Origin: Candidatus Altiarchaeota archaeon
GTDB taxonomy: Archaea > Altiarchaeota > Altiarchaeia > IMC4 > SCGC-AAA252-I15
Length of the DNA: 64,000 nt
Direction of reading: 5' to 3'
Assembly (NCBI GenBank): GCA_043804895.1
Contig: JAZDIN010000024.1
Coordinates: 1,888-65,887 of the forward strand
The notes beneath the pieces are model-generated. The model made no database searches, was not told the origin of the DNA, and worked only from the letters and a program-made list of their open reading frames with translations. This document shows positions 26,411 through 35,177 of the stretch, in pieces (position 1 is the first letter of the stretch; each line of letters opens with the position of its first letter). Position numbers and translations under genes: made by a program.

Positions 26411-26743
26411 TCATACGCCACCTGACTTCCCCTTCAACTCCTCAAACTCCTTCGTGAGCCTCCTATTCTCCTGCCTCAACTCCTCAACCCTGGAGAGAAG
26501 CCCCTCACCCACGGCCGCCCTATCCTCAACAAGCTTCTCCATCAGAATCTTACGGTCTCTGATGACAGTCTCCATGATGTGCCTGTTGTAGGCCTCTAGC
26601 ATGTGCTCCTCCCTCACGGCAAGGTACTCTCTGGTCACGAAGCCTAAGCGGAACAGTACCTTCTCAAACCAGGACTTAGGCTCAGCAACCGGCAGCTTAA
26701 CCCAGAACAGGAACTTCCCGTCTATCTTCTCTGCTTCAGCCAT
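26411..26743 (-). CDS. Hypothetical coiled-coil protein
   Basis: ORF with ATG 26743 (MAEAEKIDGKF). No recognisable motif. Confidence 0.45.
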   Translation of the reverse strand: MAEAEKIDGKFLFWVKLPVAEPKSWFEKVLFRLGFVTREYLAVREEHMLEAYNRHIMETVIRDRKILMEKLVEDRAAVGEGLLSRVEELRQENRRLTKEFEELKGKSGGV

Positions 26744-26880
26744 CCCAATCCCAAGAGCTGACACGTCAGCTCACACCGAAACGAATTATGCCTCCAGCAG
26801 AAGGCACGAATGCATCTCACGTTCAGTGCTATCGAGCCTATGGCGAAGATAGCACCTTCGCGAGCCTTAATAAGGCTCTT

Positions 26881-26955
26881 TGGGCCTGCGGCGATTTGAA
26901 CGCCGGACCACTCGATTATGAGTCGAGCGCTCTAACCGAACTGAGCTACAGGCCC
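26881..26955 (-). tRNA. tRNA with CAU anticodon (elongator Met, or Ile2 if C34 is modified)
   Basis: GGGCCTG-TA-GCTC-AGTTCGGTT-AGAGC-G-CTCGA-CTCATAA-TCGAG-TGGTC-CGGCG-TTCAAAT-CGCCG-CAGGCCC-A folds as a cloverleaf by hand. Confidence 0.9.
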
Positions 26956-26977
26956 GTTTCTTCTGTCTTGTTTAAGG

Positions 26978-26989
26978 GTTTTATTATAG
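26978..26989 (-). promoter_or_regulatory. TATA box candidate for tRNA(CAU)
   Basis: Minus-strand CTATAATAAAAC lies 23 to 34 nt upstream of the tRNA 5' end. The divergent + strand box TTTAAAAA (26999..27006) lies 23 to 30 nt before ATG 27029. Confidence 0.4.
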
Positions 26990-27028
26990 GGTGGGACATT
27001 TAAAAATGGGCCTACACTATAGGATAGT

Positions 27029-27856
27029 ATGTTCGAGTTTGTCTGGGATTTTGTGTCCAAGTACTTTCTGACTGAGGGTTATAACATCGTCAACACTGTC
27101 ACTTACGGCCTGGTTTTGGGTTTCATCGTCTTCAAATTCCTGATTCCCTGGCTTAAGGGGTTACTCGGGGGGGTGGATTCTAAGCTGGTTCTGATGCTTC
27201 TGCCGTTCATATTCTACGGCGCGACGCTGCGGGAGCTGGTTGACCAGGGCGTGGGCCTTTACGCAGGGCACACTCAGTACCCTGGCAACTACATGCTCGT
27301 GTCCCCTGGAATCTACTTCACCATGTTCTTCGTCACGCTCTTTTGCATACTCGCTGGGAAGGTTGTGGAGAGGATTAGGAAGGTCGACTATAGGGTGGTT
27401 GCAAGCGGGTTCGGGATTGTGCTTTCAGCCTACAACCTCATCCTCATACTGCAGAACATGAAGTATCCCTGGAATCTTGTGAACGTCGGAGTATTCTTCG
27501 CAATCTCAGCCGTGCTCCTCTACGCCCTGAAATCCCTTTTCAGACTCGAATACCTAGATTTCGAATCAAATGGTATAATCGTTCTAGCGCACCTCTTCGA
27601 CGCTAGCACGACGTTCGTCGGCGTCGACCTACTGGGACACATCGAAAAGCATGTGGTGCCTACCTTTTTCATAAACGTCTTCAACACCGCGGCGGTGATG
27701 TACCCTCTCAAGCTGCTTGTGCTCCTGCCGGCGCTGCATATCATAGACAAGGACCTGAAGGACGACGAGTTCAGCAGGCGGTTCATAAAATTCGTGATAG
27801 TCGTCCTTGGAGCCGGGCCTGCAATAAGGAACATGACACTCCTTCTGATGGGGTAG
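27029..27856 (+). CDS. Archaeal polytopic membrane protein (DUF63-like)
   Basis: Seven to eight hydrophobic spans and an N-terminal YNIVNTVTYGL motif that I recall from DUF63. Confidence 0.45.
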   Translation: MFEFVWDFVSKYFLTEGYNIVNTVTYGLVLGFIVFKFLIPWLKGLLGGVDSKLVLMLLPFIFYGATLRELVDQGVGLYAGHTQYPGNYMLVSPGIYFTMFFVTLFCILAGKVVERIRKVDYRVVASGFGIVLSAYNLILILQNMKYPWNLVNVGVFFAISAVLLYALKSLFRLEYLDFESNGIIVLAHLFDASTTFVGVDLLGHIEKHVVPTFFINVFNTAAVMYPLKLLVLLPALHIIDKDLKDDEFSRRFIKFVIVVLGAGPAIRNMTLLLMG

Positions 27857-27952
27857 AACGCCCCCTAGGGCCATTTATATACTTAGAGAGGATAATGGAT
27901 ATCAACTATTGAGCAGAGTTTATATTGTTCTATAGTTGCTCGCAGCTTATGG

Positions 27953-28315
27953 ATGCGTGCCATTCCAAGCCTTATATTTGTTAGGCGGTGTAGTGTATTG
28001 ATGAGTGAATTTAGGAGCAATAACGTTTTCAACAAGAGGTCATGGCTTGGGAGGACTGCGAACAACAGTAGGAGGCAGATGCTTGACATGCGGCGCCAGA
28101 AGTACTTTCGCTTCGACTTGGACGACATGCTCGTCGAGTTCGAGGTCGGAGACAACAAGAACACAATATCCGCCACATTGCTCAACAAGATGACTTCACA
28201 CTCCATGGACGATGCCTTCGGCTACGTCGACCGCCTCGCTGGCGCAGGAACGCTGAGCGAGGATAAGGTCAGCAGGCTGAAGGCTCTCTTACAGAGATAC
28301 TCCAAATGGAGGTAA
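27953..28315 (+). CDS. Hypothetical protein (start uncertain; alternative ATG near 28002)
   Basis: ORF only, with no recognisable motif. Confidence 0.4.
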   Translation: MRAIPSLIFVRRCSVLMSEFRSNNVFNKRSWLGRTANNSRRQMLDMRRQKYFRFDLDDMLVEFEVGDNKNTISATLLNKMTSHSMDDAFGYVDRLAGAGTLSEDKVSRLKALLQRYSKWR

Positions 28316-28336
28316 AAAAGAAGGAGGTGAGATAGT

Positions 28337-28501
28337 ATGGCAAAAGATTTTGGGAAGGGATTCGACAGAGGCCCAAGGGAAATGCACGATGCAGTCTGCA
28401 GCGAATGCGGCGTATCATGCCAGGTCCCGTTCAAGCCGACAGAAGGAAAACCGGTCTACTGCAGAGAATGCTACAGCAAGAAAAGGCCAAAGCGCTTCTA
28501 A
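28337..28501 (+). CDS. Small zinc-ribbon protein (CxxC ... CxxC, zf-trcl-like), 54 aa
   Basis: Not in the ORF track because it is under 60 aa. ATG is preceded by AAGGAGGTGA. Product: MAKDFGKGFDRGPREMHDAVCSECGVSCQVPFKPTEGKPVYCRECYSKKRPKRF. Confidence 0.6.
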   Translation: MAKDFGKGFDRGPREMHDAVCSECGVSCQVPFKPTEGKPVYCRECYSKKRPKRF

Positions 28502-28540
28502 GAGTCAAGTAGACGGCCATACTATCTTTTTCTAGTTTTT

Positions 28541-29287
28541 TTATTCCCCCAGCCTGAACGCTCTAGTTCCAATAATAGCTGCCACTACTGCCGCCGCGGC
28601 CATTACTGCTATGTCAACTCCCAGCTGATGGTATCCAACCCCTATTAGGACTGTGCGTAGGGCGTCTACGCCGTATGTGAGCGGGTCGATTGCAGTAAGC
28701 GGAGCCATCCACTTCGGGATTTTATCAATCGGGAATATAGCACCGCTTAGGAAGAACATCGGCATGATGAAGAAGGTCATTATGACCTGAAACCCCTCGA
28801 AACTCTTCATGACGGAGGCTATGATGAGGCCGATGCCGACAAGGCTGAGCGAAGAGAGGAACATCAAGGCAACGCACAGAAGAAACTTCGCTACCGTGAG
28901 TTTCACGCCGATGAAAGGCCCCATGAGGAGCACTATGGCCCCTTCCATGACAGCTATGGTGGCGCCTCCAATGAGTTTGCCTGCCATTATCGAGAACCTT
29001 GAGGCAGGTGAGACGAGTATCTCCTTCAGGAACCCGAACTCCTTGTCCCATATGACGGAGATTCCAGACTGCATTGAGGTGAATAGTAGGGACATCGCCA
29101 CGACGCCGGGGAATAGGAATTCCTGGTAGTTTACCTCAAGGCCGGTGAACCTGGCTGCGCCGAATCCAGCACCAAAGACCACCATCCAAAGGATGGAACG
29201 AGCTATGCCGCTTATGACCCGCGCCCGGTCCCTGATGTGGACCTTCAGTTCGCGAAGCCAGATTACCTTAACAGCCCTTAGATTCAT
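28541..29287 (-). CDS. ABC-2 type transporter permease
   Basis: 248 aa with six hydrophobic spans, located downstream of the ABC ATPase gene. Confidence 0.8.
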   Translation of the reverse strand: MNLRAVKVIWLRELKVHIRDRARVISGIARSILWMVVFGAGFGAARFTGLEVNYQEFLFPGVVAMSLLFTSMQSGISVIWDKEFGFLKEILVSPASRFSIMAGKLIGGATIAVMEGAIVLLMGPFIGVKLTVAKFLLCVALMFLSSLSLVGIGLIIASVMKSFEGFQVIMTFFIMPMFFLSGAIFPIDKIPKWMAPLTAIDPLTYGVDALRTVLIGVGYHQLGVDIAVMAAAAVVAAIIGTRAFRLGE

Positions 29288-29392
29288 TACAAATACGCGA
29301 GTATTCTTACTCGCTTCTACCTCCTATCTGTTTTTTGCTTTTTGGCATTTTGAGCATATTTGGAATAGACCGCAGCCAGGCTGCGGGTGTTA
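29285..29392 (-). repeat. Shared upstream leader module, copy B (partner at 21264..21366)
   Basis: It occupies the entire gap between the ABC ATPase stop and the permease ATG. The hairpin ccgcagc-cag-gctgcgg begins 2 nt after the stop. Confidence 0.6.
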
Positions 29393-30373
29393 TCTTCCCC
29401 TCTTTTTCATGAACTCCTTGATAGACTCCTTCCCGTCAGCATGTTCGCTTCGAAGATCTCTGCCGACGTAATGGAGGAACACGTCGTTCAGGGTTGGCGT
29501 GCGTATCTCAAGCGAGAGAATCTTGATTCCATTCTCTGCCGCGAATTCGAATATCTTCGGGACTGAACTCGCACCATCATTCAACACCAGCTGAACCTTC
29601 TCACCCACCCGAATAGTCTTCACGAAATCAAGACCCTCAAACGATGACGCCTTAGACTTGTCATCCAACACCAGCGAAGCCACATCCTCCCCTATCTCAC
29701 GTATAAGCTCCTTCGGACTGTCCAAAGCCACAACACGGCCAGAATCTATGATGCCGACCCTGTCGCATAAAAGTTCGGCCTCGTCCATGTAATGGGTGGT
29801 CAACACTATCGTGATATCCTCATCAACCGACAGCCTCTTGATGTAATCCCATACCTTCGCCCTAGTCTGCGGGTCAAGGCCTATCGTAGGCTCATCAAGG
29901 AACAACACCTTAGGGTGGTGTATCAGGCCTCGCGCAATCTCCAGCCGCCTCCTCATCCCGCCGGAGTAGTTCTTCACAGGCTCATCGGCTCGGCTGTCGA
30001 GTTCGACCAGCCTAAGAAGCTCCGCAATCCTCTCTCGCTGCAGCTGAGGCTCCACCTCATAGAGTTCAGCATGCATCTCCAGGTTCTCGCGGCCTGTGAG
30101 CCTGTTGTCGATGCTCGGATCCTGGAACACGATACCTATCGACTTCCTCACCTCATGCGGGTCCTCTACCACGTCAAACCCGTTAACAGACGCAGAACCG
30201 GACGTCGGCCTCAGGATTGTACAGAGCATGTTCAAGGTAGTGGACTTCCCAGCACCATTCGGCCCCAGAAGGCCGAAAACCTCCCCAGACTCGACTTGGA
30301 CGTTAAGCCTGTCAACGGCCGTGACGTCGCCGAACCTCCGAGTCAAATCATGAGTTTCAATCGAGTACACCAA
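29390..30373 (-). CDS. ABC transporter ATP-binding protein (DrrA-like exporter ATPase)
   Basis: GLLGPNGAGKSTT (Walker A), YSGGMRRRLEIA (signature) and VLFLDEPT (Walker B). Confidence 0.9.
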   Translation of the reverse strand: MVYSIETHDLTRRFGDVTAVDRLNVQVESGEVFGLLGPNGAGKSTTLNMLCTILRPTSGSASVNGFDVVEDPHEVRKSIGIVFQDPSIDNRLTGRENLEMHAELYEVEPQLQRERIAELLRLVELDSRADEPVKNYSGGMRRRLEIARGLIHHPKVLFLDEPTIGLDPQTRAKVWDYIKRLSVDEDITIVLTTHYMDEAELLCDRVGIIDSGRVVALDSPKELIREIGEDVASLVLDDKSKASSFEGLDFVKTIRVGEKVQLVLNDGASSVPKIFEFAAENGIKILSLEIRTPTLNDVFLHYVGRDLRSEHADGKESIKEFMKKRGR

Positions 30374-30540
30374 GACACCTCAAAAATACTTCAACAATAT
30401 AGGAACAGGAGGATTAATTAGCAATCAAAAAAGGCTCATGGAATGCCCCTATGAGGTGCATTGCGAAAATTTTGATTGCATTAACTATCCTTGAGGGAGA
30501 CGTTTTCGGGGGCCTATAGGCTCCGCCAGCAAGTCAGAGG

Positions 30541-31032
30541 TTAGGGGCGTTTAATGTTCTCAGAGATGATTGCAGCGGCGAGTCTCGCATCATCGTCTGC
30601 CAGAAACACTTTTTTTGCTTCAGTCAACATCAAGTTTATGGCACCGTTCTCGTTCAGCAGGTTAAGCTTGAGGCACGTCTCGAAATGGCTTTCATCCGGG
30701 GTCAATCGACAAGCAAGTTTTTTCACTACTATCCTCATCTCGTCACTTAGGTTAGTCTTATCGGCTGTGAGATTGAGCAGCTCAGACAGCCTTTGTAATC
30801 CATCCAACTTTGTATTCTGGTCTGCTACAGCAAGGAAAAGCAGGCATGATGCGGCAGCGTTGGCTACGACGGGCGTAGAATCCGGATGTTTTTGGTCAGG
30901 TTCTCCTACTATGCGACCTAGAGCACTACGCACGATATTAACCATGTCACCAGCCCTTTCCGACACGCCAAGAGGAAGTTCTGGCTGTCTGCTTACCCGC
31001 CCAGATTGCGATTCTTCTCTATTCATATCCAC
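30541..31032 (-). CDS. Hypothetical protein (163 aa), third gene of the HD-domain operon
   Basis: ORF only. An 8-nt gap separates it from the upstream gene. Confidence 0.5.
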   Translation of the reverse strand: MDMNREESQSGRVSRQPELPLGVSERAGDMVNIVRSALGRIVGEPDQKHPDSTPVVANAAASCLLFLAVADQNTKLDGLQRLSELLNLTADKTNLSDEMRIVVKKLACRLTPDESHFETCLKLNLLNENGAINLMLTEAKKVFLADDDARLAAAIISENIKRP

Positions 31033-31040
31033 ACCTCCCT

Positions 31041-33071
31041 TTAAGACTGACCAAGACGTCGAATCTCCTCATCCAACAGCCTCTTCCGTTGTTCATTGAT
31101 TCCCCGTTTCCTTGCGGAGATTATTTCCTCGGGGGTCTTTCCCGATTCGCTGATAATCGTCTGGTAGTCCCGTTCATCCAAGTCCCTGCGAATCAAACTT
31201 GCGGCAGTCTCGAGCCGTTGCGCATCGCCTTCAGGGCCGAGATTCGCCTCACACGCCGCAAGATCGTTGTCCAGAAATACATAATTCTGGAACTGGCTGT
31301 CGCCTATTAAAGCCGTGATTCGCTGCTGGTAGTCGGTCTCCGGAGACTGCGCCCTCCTATCGCCGGTGGAAGGCTGTATCCTGACCGCGTCGCTGTCTAT
31401 TGCCCCGCCAGCGTTCATACTAGCCGAAACAGACTCCTTATCCTTCCCTGTTACGTCGGAGCAGAACTTCACAAGCTGTTCATACGACTTCATGCCAAAT
31501 AACTTAATGACCTCCTGATGAATCGCCGACTCCTGCACGTCAATCACCAGTTTGCCTGTCGAATCAACCGTCATTGAAGGCTGGTTTCCGCAAATCCTGC
31601 CCACGGTGAACTTATAAGCTTCCGGCCCAATGCTCTCCGCCGCTTTAGCAAGGCCCTCTTTCTCATCTTCAGAGAGGTCGTCCCTAGCCTTGATTCTCTT
31701 TACCAGAATCCCCTTCAGTGCGTCTATAACCCCGTCCCGCTCCTTTGCCCTTGGGCTGGTCTTGTCCTTGGAGTCGACGTCAGCGTATATCTCGCCAGCA
31801 GTCTTCAAAAGCCTCATGACTCTCAGGGAGTCTTCGACCGTATAGAGCACTTCTGGGAGTTTGTCCTCGAACGCGTGGGTGTTGTCAGCGTTCCTGACTG
31901 CAGCCAGGATGTTCCGTTCCCTGACGCGATGCTTATCCTCATCGGAGAGGCCTGCCCACTCGGCCTCAGGTTTGACGGTAAGCTTGCCTTCAGAGTAATC
32001 ATGCGTTAGGACTGTCTTATGTATGACACCAATCTGCCCTGCAGAAAAAACCTTCGTTAGTGGGTCGCCCTCGCTCATCCCACGTTCTCGGACGTACCGC
32101 GCACCATGGATGTTATGTCCGTTGTCTATCCCAAACTCACCCTTTCCTATACCTTCCCGGACATCCTGGTTGGCGTAGCCTATGTCGTGTATCTGGATGG
32201 CGATATGACCTATCAGTCGGTCAACAGCACTGAACTCCTGGCCTGCGTTCTTCAGACCTTCAAACTGCTGGTCAAACATCGCGAGGTCGTAGCCGATGTG
32301 CCGCATACCATGGTCTCCGAGGGTATTCCTGTGCGCTTCGCGGTCCTGGAAGGCCATGGCGGTAAGCTGTCTTTCCATCAACGCAAGGACGTCTTTGGCT
32401 AGGATATCCGCAGGTATGCCCCCCTGCTGCCGAGCCTCCACTAGGAGTTTCATGCAGGCTCTCATCTCCGTCTTGGCAAGTCCCCGGCTTATTTCACTGG
32501 AGATTAGGCAGTCAGCTTCGGAATCCAGTATGCCGCCGATTGTACTCAAAGCCTGTTCATCAAATGTTCTGTCACCCAAACCCCGGAGGGCATGTTCCCT
32601 CTTATCCATAGGGGGCCCGACCATCTTGGTTTCGAAAAATTCCTGCATCTCCCTGTAGACGTATGAGGCTGAAGCTGGTTCGCCGTTATATATCCCCCCG
32701 AGCGCGGCGGCTTTTTCCGTGGCTTTTTGTCGGGCTTTTTCCGGGCCTAATTTTTTCTCAAGGTCCTTGAAAATTTTTTCCTCAAAATGCGGGAAGAAGT
32801 CCTGCTCGTCCTTCAGCATATCCGCGACCTGGTATCGATTTAAGGTGCCGCCGTACATACCCGCCTGGGCTAATAAGGCTTGATTCACCACCACCCCCAC
32901 TGTAGCGTCAACGGGGGCCCCTACGGCTATCGTCTGCCTGCCGGCGAGTTTCCTTGCGTCGTATGCTGATGTCACACCCTCCCTAAGCTGGCTAATCTCA
33001 CCTGCTAATTGTTCCTTAAGTTGTTCCGGGCTAAGAATCTGATTGGGTGCGACGGTAACTTCACGTGGCAT
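31041..33071 (-). CDS. Large HD-domain protein (676 aa)
   Basis: GDHGMRHIGY ... HIAIQIHDIGYANQD ... GHNIHGARY ... VLTHDYS fits an H...HD...D metal-dependent phosphohydrolase pattern. The rest is unrecognisable. Confidence 0.55.
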   Translation of the reverse strand: MPREVTVAPNQILSPEQLKEQLAGEISQLREGVTSAYDARKLAGRQTIAVGAPVDATVGVVVNQALLAQAGMYGGTLNRYQVADMLKDEQDFFPHFEEKIFKDLEKKLGPEKARQKATEKAAALGGIYNGEPASASYVYREMQEFFETKMVGPPMDKREHALRGLGDRTFDEQALSTIGGILDSEADCLISSEISRGLAKTEMRACMKLLVEARQQGGIPADILAKDVLALMERQLTAMAFQDREAHRNTLGDHGMRHIGYDLAMFDQQFEGLKNAGQEFSAVDRLIGHIAIQIHDIGYANQDVREGIGKGEFGIDNGHNIHGARYVRERGMSEGDPLTKVFSAGQIGVIHKTVLTHDYSEGKLTVKPEAEWAGLSDEDKHRVRERNILAAVRNADNTHAFEDKLPEVLYTVEDSLRVMRLLKTAGEIYADVDSKDKTSPRAKERDGVIDALKGILVKRIKARDDLSEDEKEGLAKAAESIGPEAYKFTVGRICGNQPSMTVDSTGKLVIDVQESAIHQEVIKLFGMKSYEQLVKFCSDVTGKDKESVSASMNAGGAIDSDAVRIQPSTGDRRAQSPETDYQQRITALIGDSQFQNYVFLDNDLAACEANLGPEGDAQRLETAASLIRRDLDERDYQTIISESGKTPEEIISARKRGINEQRKRLLDEEIRRLGQS

Positions 33072-33075
33072 GGCA

Positions 33076-33378
33076 TTACCTCAAATCCTTCTCAACTACA
33101 TCATGCAAAGCCTTCAGGAACCTTAATTCGCTGGCACTTGAAACCTCCCCCACGTTAGCGTCCGCGACAAGGACTTCGTTGTTGGCTTTGTCCCAGATAA
33201 GCGAGAGATGCCTTGAAACAGGATTCCCAAACAACCCCCGAAGCTCCTCGTTAGAGTTGAAATCCCTGATGAGTTTTTCCAAGACGTCAAGGCGGACGGC
33301 GACAAGAGGCGTTGCCTTCATCTGGTTCATCCGCTCCTCAAGGTGTTTCCTACGCTCCTCGATAGACGACATATCCAT
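33076..33378 (-). CDS. Hypothetical protein (100 aa), first gene of the HD-domain operon
   Basis: ORF only. A 4-nt gap separates it from the next gene. Confidence 0.5.
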   Translation of the reverse strand: MDMSSIEERRKHLEERMNQMKATPLVAVRLDVLEKLIRDFNSNEELRGLFGNPVSRHLSLIWDKANNEVLVADANVGEVSSASELRFLKALHDVVEKDLR

Positions 33379-33526
33379 CCACTAAGAGATTGGGAAAGGT
33401 TAGTATAAAAGACGGGCGCACAGAGCACCTTTGGTGCGGCTTTAGCTAGGATTGGACTTGAAGACTCGTTTCATCAGTCCCTAAAAATCGCCGAACAATT
33501 CTTGATAAGAAAGAAGAAAGGTGCTG

Positions 33527-33687
33527 CGCCTCCGCAAGGACTTGAACCTTGGACCACTCGATATCAGCAACCTGCCTGATTCCATCCTTTTTGAGCTTTA
33601 TTTTCTTTTGGGGATGAAACCCTTTTCTTTTTTTAAAAGAAAAGGGGTTCTAACAGTCGAGCGCTCTACCAGCTGAGCTACAGAGGC
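33527..33687 (-). tRNA. tRNA-Asn (GUU) interrupted by an intron of about 88 nt after position 37
   Basis: Exons fold as GCCTCTG-TA-GCTC-AGCTGGTA-GAGC-G-CTCGA-CTGTTA[intron]A-TCGAG-TGGTC-CAAGG-TTCAAGT-CCTTG-CGGAGGC-G, giving a 73-nt mature tRNA. The intron contains a perfect 12-bp hairpin cccttttctttt-aaa-aaaagaaaaggg. Confidence 0.8.
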
Positions 33688-33760
33688 TTTGTGTGTTTGT
33701 TATTGTGTGGGTTTGAATAAAAAAGTTTGTTGGGCTGGTGTTTAACCAGCCCATTGTAAC

Positions 33761-34345
33761 TTATTTGCCTTTTCTTCCTTGGGCTCGTAGGCTTGGCCGT
33801 ATTTTTTCAGCGCCTTTGCCGCGGTTTCTTAGGCCTCTGCCTTTTTTGCCTGCTGGTGTTAGTCCTTGGAATACGCGACCTTTGTGTGCTCTTGCCAGCC
33901 AGCCGATTGTGGGGTCGTTTATGATGGCTGGGTGGTGTGGGTCTACCATGATGACCTCGTACCATTTGTTGCGGCCGTCGTCGAGGACCCAGTATGATGC
34001 GAGTGTTTGCATGTTGGTGTAGTGTTGTTGGGCTCTCTCTTCCGCCATCCTTTGGGTGCTTTTGGCTGCGGTTATCTTGCTGACTCCCATTCCGGCTGGT
34101 TTTCTGCCGCGGCTTGGCCTGGCTTTTCTGAGGCCGCCTCTTCTGACTTTCACCCTGGTGATTAGGAATCCTTGTTTGGCGCGGTAGCCGTATTGTCTTG
34201 CCTTGTCAGGTCTTGTGGGGTGTTCTACCCGCACGATGGGCGGCTCCCTCCGCCATCTCATCTTCCGTTCGGAGAGCACGTCTCCGAGCTGCTTCATCGA
34301 TTCCTTGTTCTTGTACAACGCCTTCACGTATTTTTGGTATCCCAT
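33761..34345 (-). CDS. rpl15e: 50S ribosomal protein L15e
   Basis: MGYQKYVKALYK ... GYRAKQGFLITRVKVRRGG ... YWVLDDGRNKWYEVIMVDPHHP. Confidence 0.9.
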   Translation of the reverse strand: MGYQKYVKALYKNKESMKQLGDVLSERKMRWRREPPIVRVEHPTRPDKARQYGYRAKQGFLITRVKVRRGGLRKARPSRGRKPAGMGVSKITAAKSTQRMAEERAQQHYTNMQTLASYWVLDDGRNKWYEVIMVDPHHPAIINDPTIGWLARAHKGRVFQGLTPAGKKGRGLRNRGKGAEKIRPSLRAQGRKGK

Positions 34346-34551
34346 TAGAATCCCTTTTTCCCGCTCGGATTCGCGACCTCATGATGGCCGATGGCCAACA
34401 TGCGCCGATATTCGCCGCCTTTTGGGAATCACGAATATCGCGCGTCTGTGTCGTACATTTCCGCCTGCCTTTTGGCAGGATTGGGTGGAGGATATATACT
34501 GTAGGTGAGTTTATAAGCCGATATTTAAGTCGCTTGGTGTAAGTATATTGT

Positions 34552-35175
34552 ATGCCGTGGCGGAGGTTCATAAGGTGGTTTAAGGGCATATTCGGCAAGC
34601 GTAAGGTGATTCGCCTCGGTTTGTATGGGCCTCCGAATTCTGGGAAGACGACGCTTGCTAACAAGATTTCTGTTGATTGGACTGGTGAGCCTGTGGGGTC
34701 GGTGTCTGAGGTGCCGCATGAGACGCGTGAGGTGCAGAAGAAGGAGCATGTGACTGTGGAGTGCGATGGCAGGAAGATTGAGATGAACCTCTTGGACATG
34801 CCTGGGATTGCGACGAAGATAGATTTTGAGGAGTTCATCAAGTTCGGGTTGAGCAGGAGCGAGGCGCAGAAGAGGGCGAAGGAGGCGACGAAGGGCGTGA
34901 TTGAGGCTATCAAGTGGCTTGAGAACGTCGACACTGCGTTGGTTGTGATGGACAGCAGCGAGGACCCTTACACGCAGGTTAACATCACTATAATCGGGAA
35001 TCTTGAGGCTAGGAACATCCCGGTCATCATTGTGGCGAACAAGATTGATTTGAAGAACGCGAAGCCTGAGAACATCAGGGAGGCGTTCCCGCAGCATCCT
35101 GTAGTTGGGGTGTCCGGGCTCAGGGGCGACCACATTGACGAGTTGTACAGGGCTATCGCGACGCATTCAAGGTAA
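34552..35175 (+). CDS. Small GTP-binding protein (archaeal GTPase of the GTPase/DUF2073/Zn-ribbon trio)
   Basis: GPPNSGKTT (G1), LLDMPG (G3) and ANKIDL (G4). Confidence 0.8.
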   Translation: MPWRRFIRWFKGIFGKRKVIRLGLYGPPNSGKTTLANKISVDWTGEPVGSVSEVPHETREVQKKEHVTVECDGRKIEMNLLDMPGIATKIDFEEFIKFGLSRSEAQKRAKEATKGVIEAIKWLENVDTALVVMDSSEDPYTQVNITIIGNLEARNIPVIIVANKIDLKNAKPENIREAFPQHPVVGVSGLRGDHIDELYRAIATHSR

Positions 35176-35177
35176 AG

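Noticed and set aside
33560-33650. The tRNA-Asn intron as an embedded C/D box guide RNA, as in archaeal tRNA-Trp.
   Set aside because: Only a CTGA near the 3' end is present. There is no RUGAUGA C box or C'/D' pair.
26881-33687. A genomic island bounded by the two tRNA genes (integrative element).
   Set aside because: I found no integrase or recombinase gene and no direct repeat of a tRNA 3' end. The shared ggaccactcgat and gtcgagcgctct segments are just the homologous arms of the two tRNAs. The interval also contains ordinary genes (DUF63-like, ABC exporter). Only the HD operon next to tRNA-Asn is kept as a finding.
34346-34551. The 206-nt structured gap between rpl15e and the GTPase gene (stems cgatattcg/cgaatatcg and cctgcc/ggcagg) as a known ncRNA such as SRP RNA or RNase P RNA.
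   Set aside because: It is too short and lacks any motif I can recognise. It is most simply a divergent promoter region with local hairpins. It is left unannotated.
34206-35166. Two long minus-strand ORFs (242 and 213 aa) across the rpl15e upstream region and the GTPase gene.
   Set aside because: They are antisense to a GTPase with complete G1/G3/G4 motifs, and their products are compositionally odd (Arg/Leu/His-rich).
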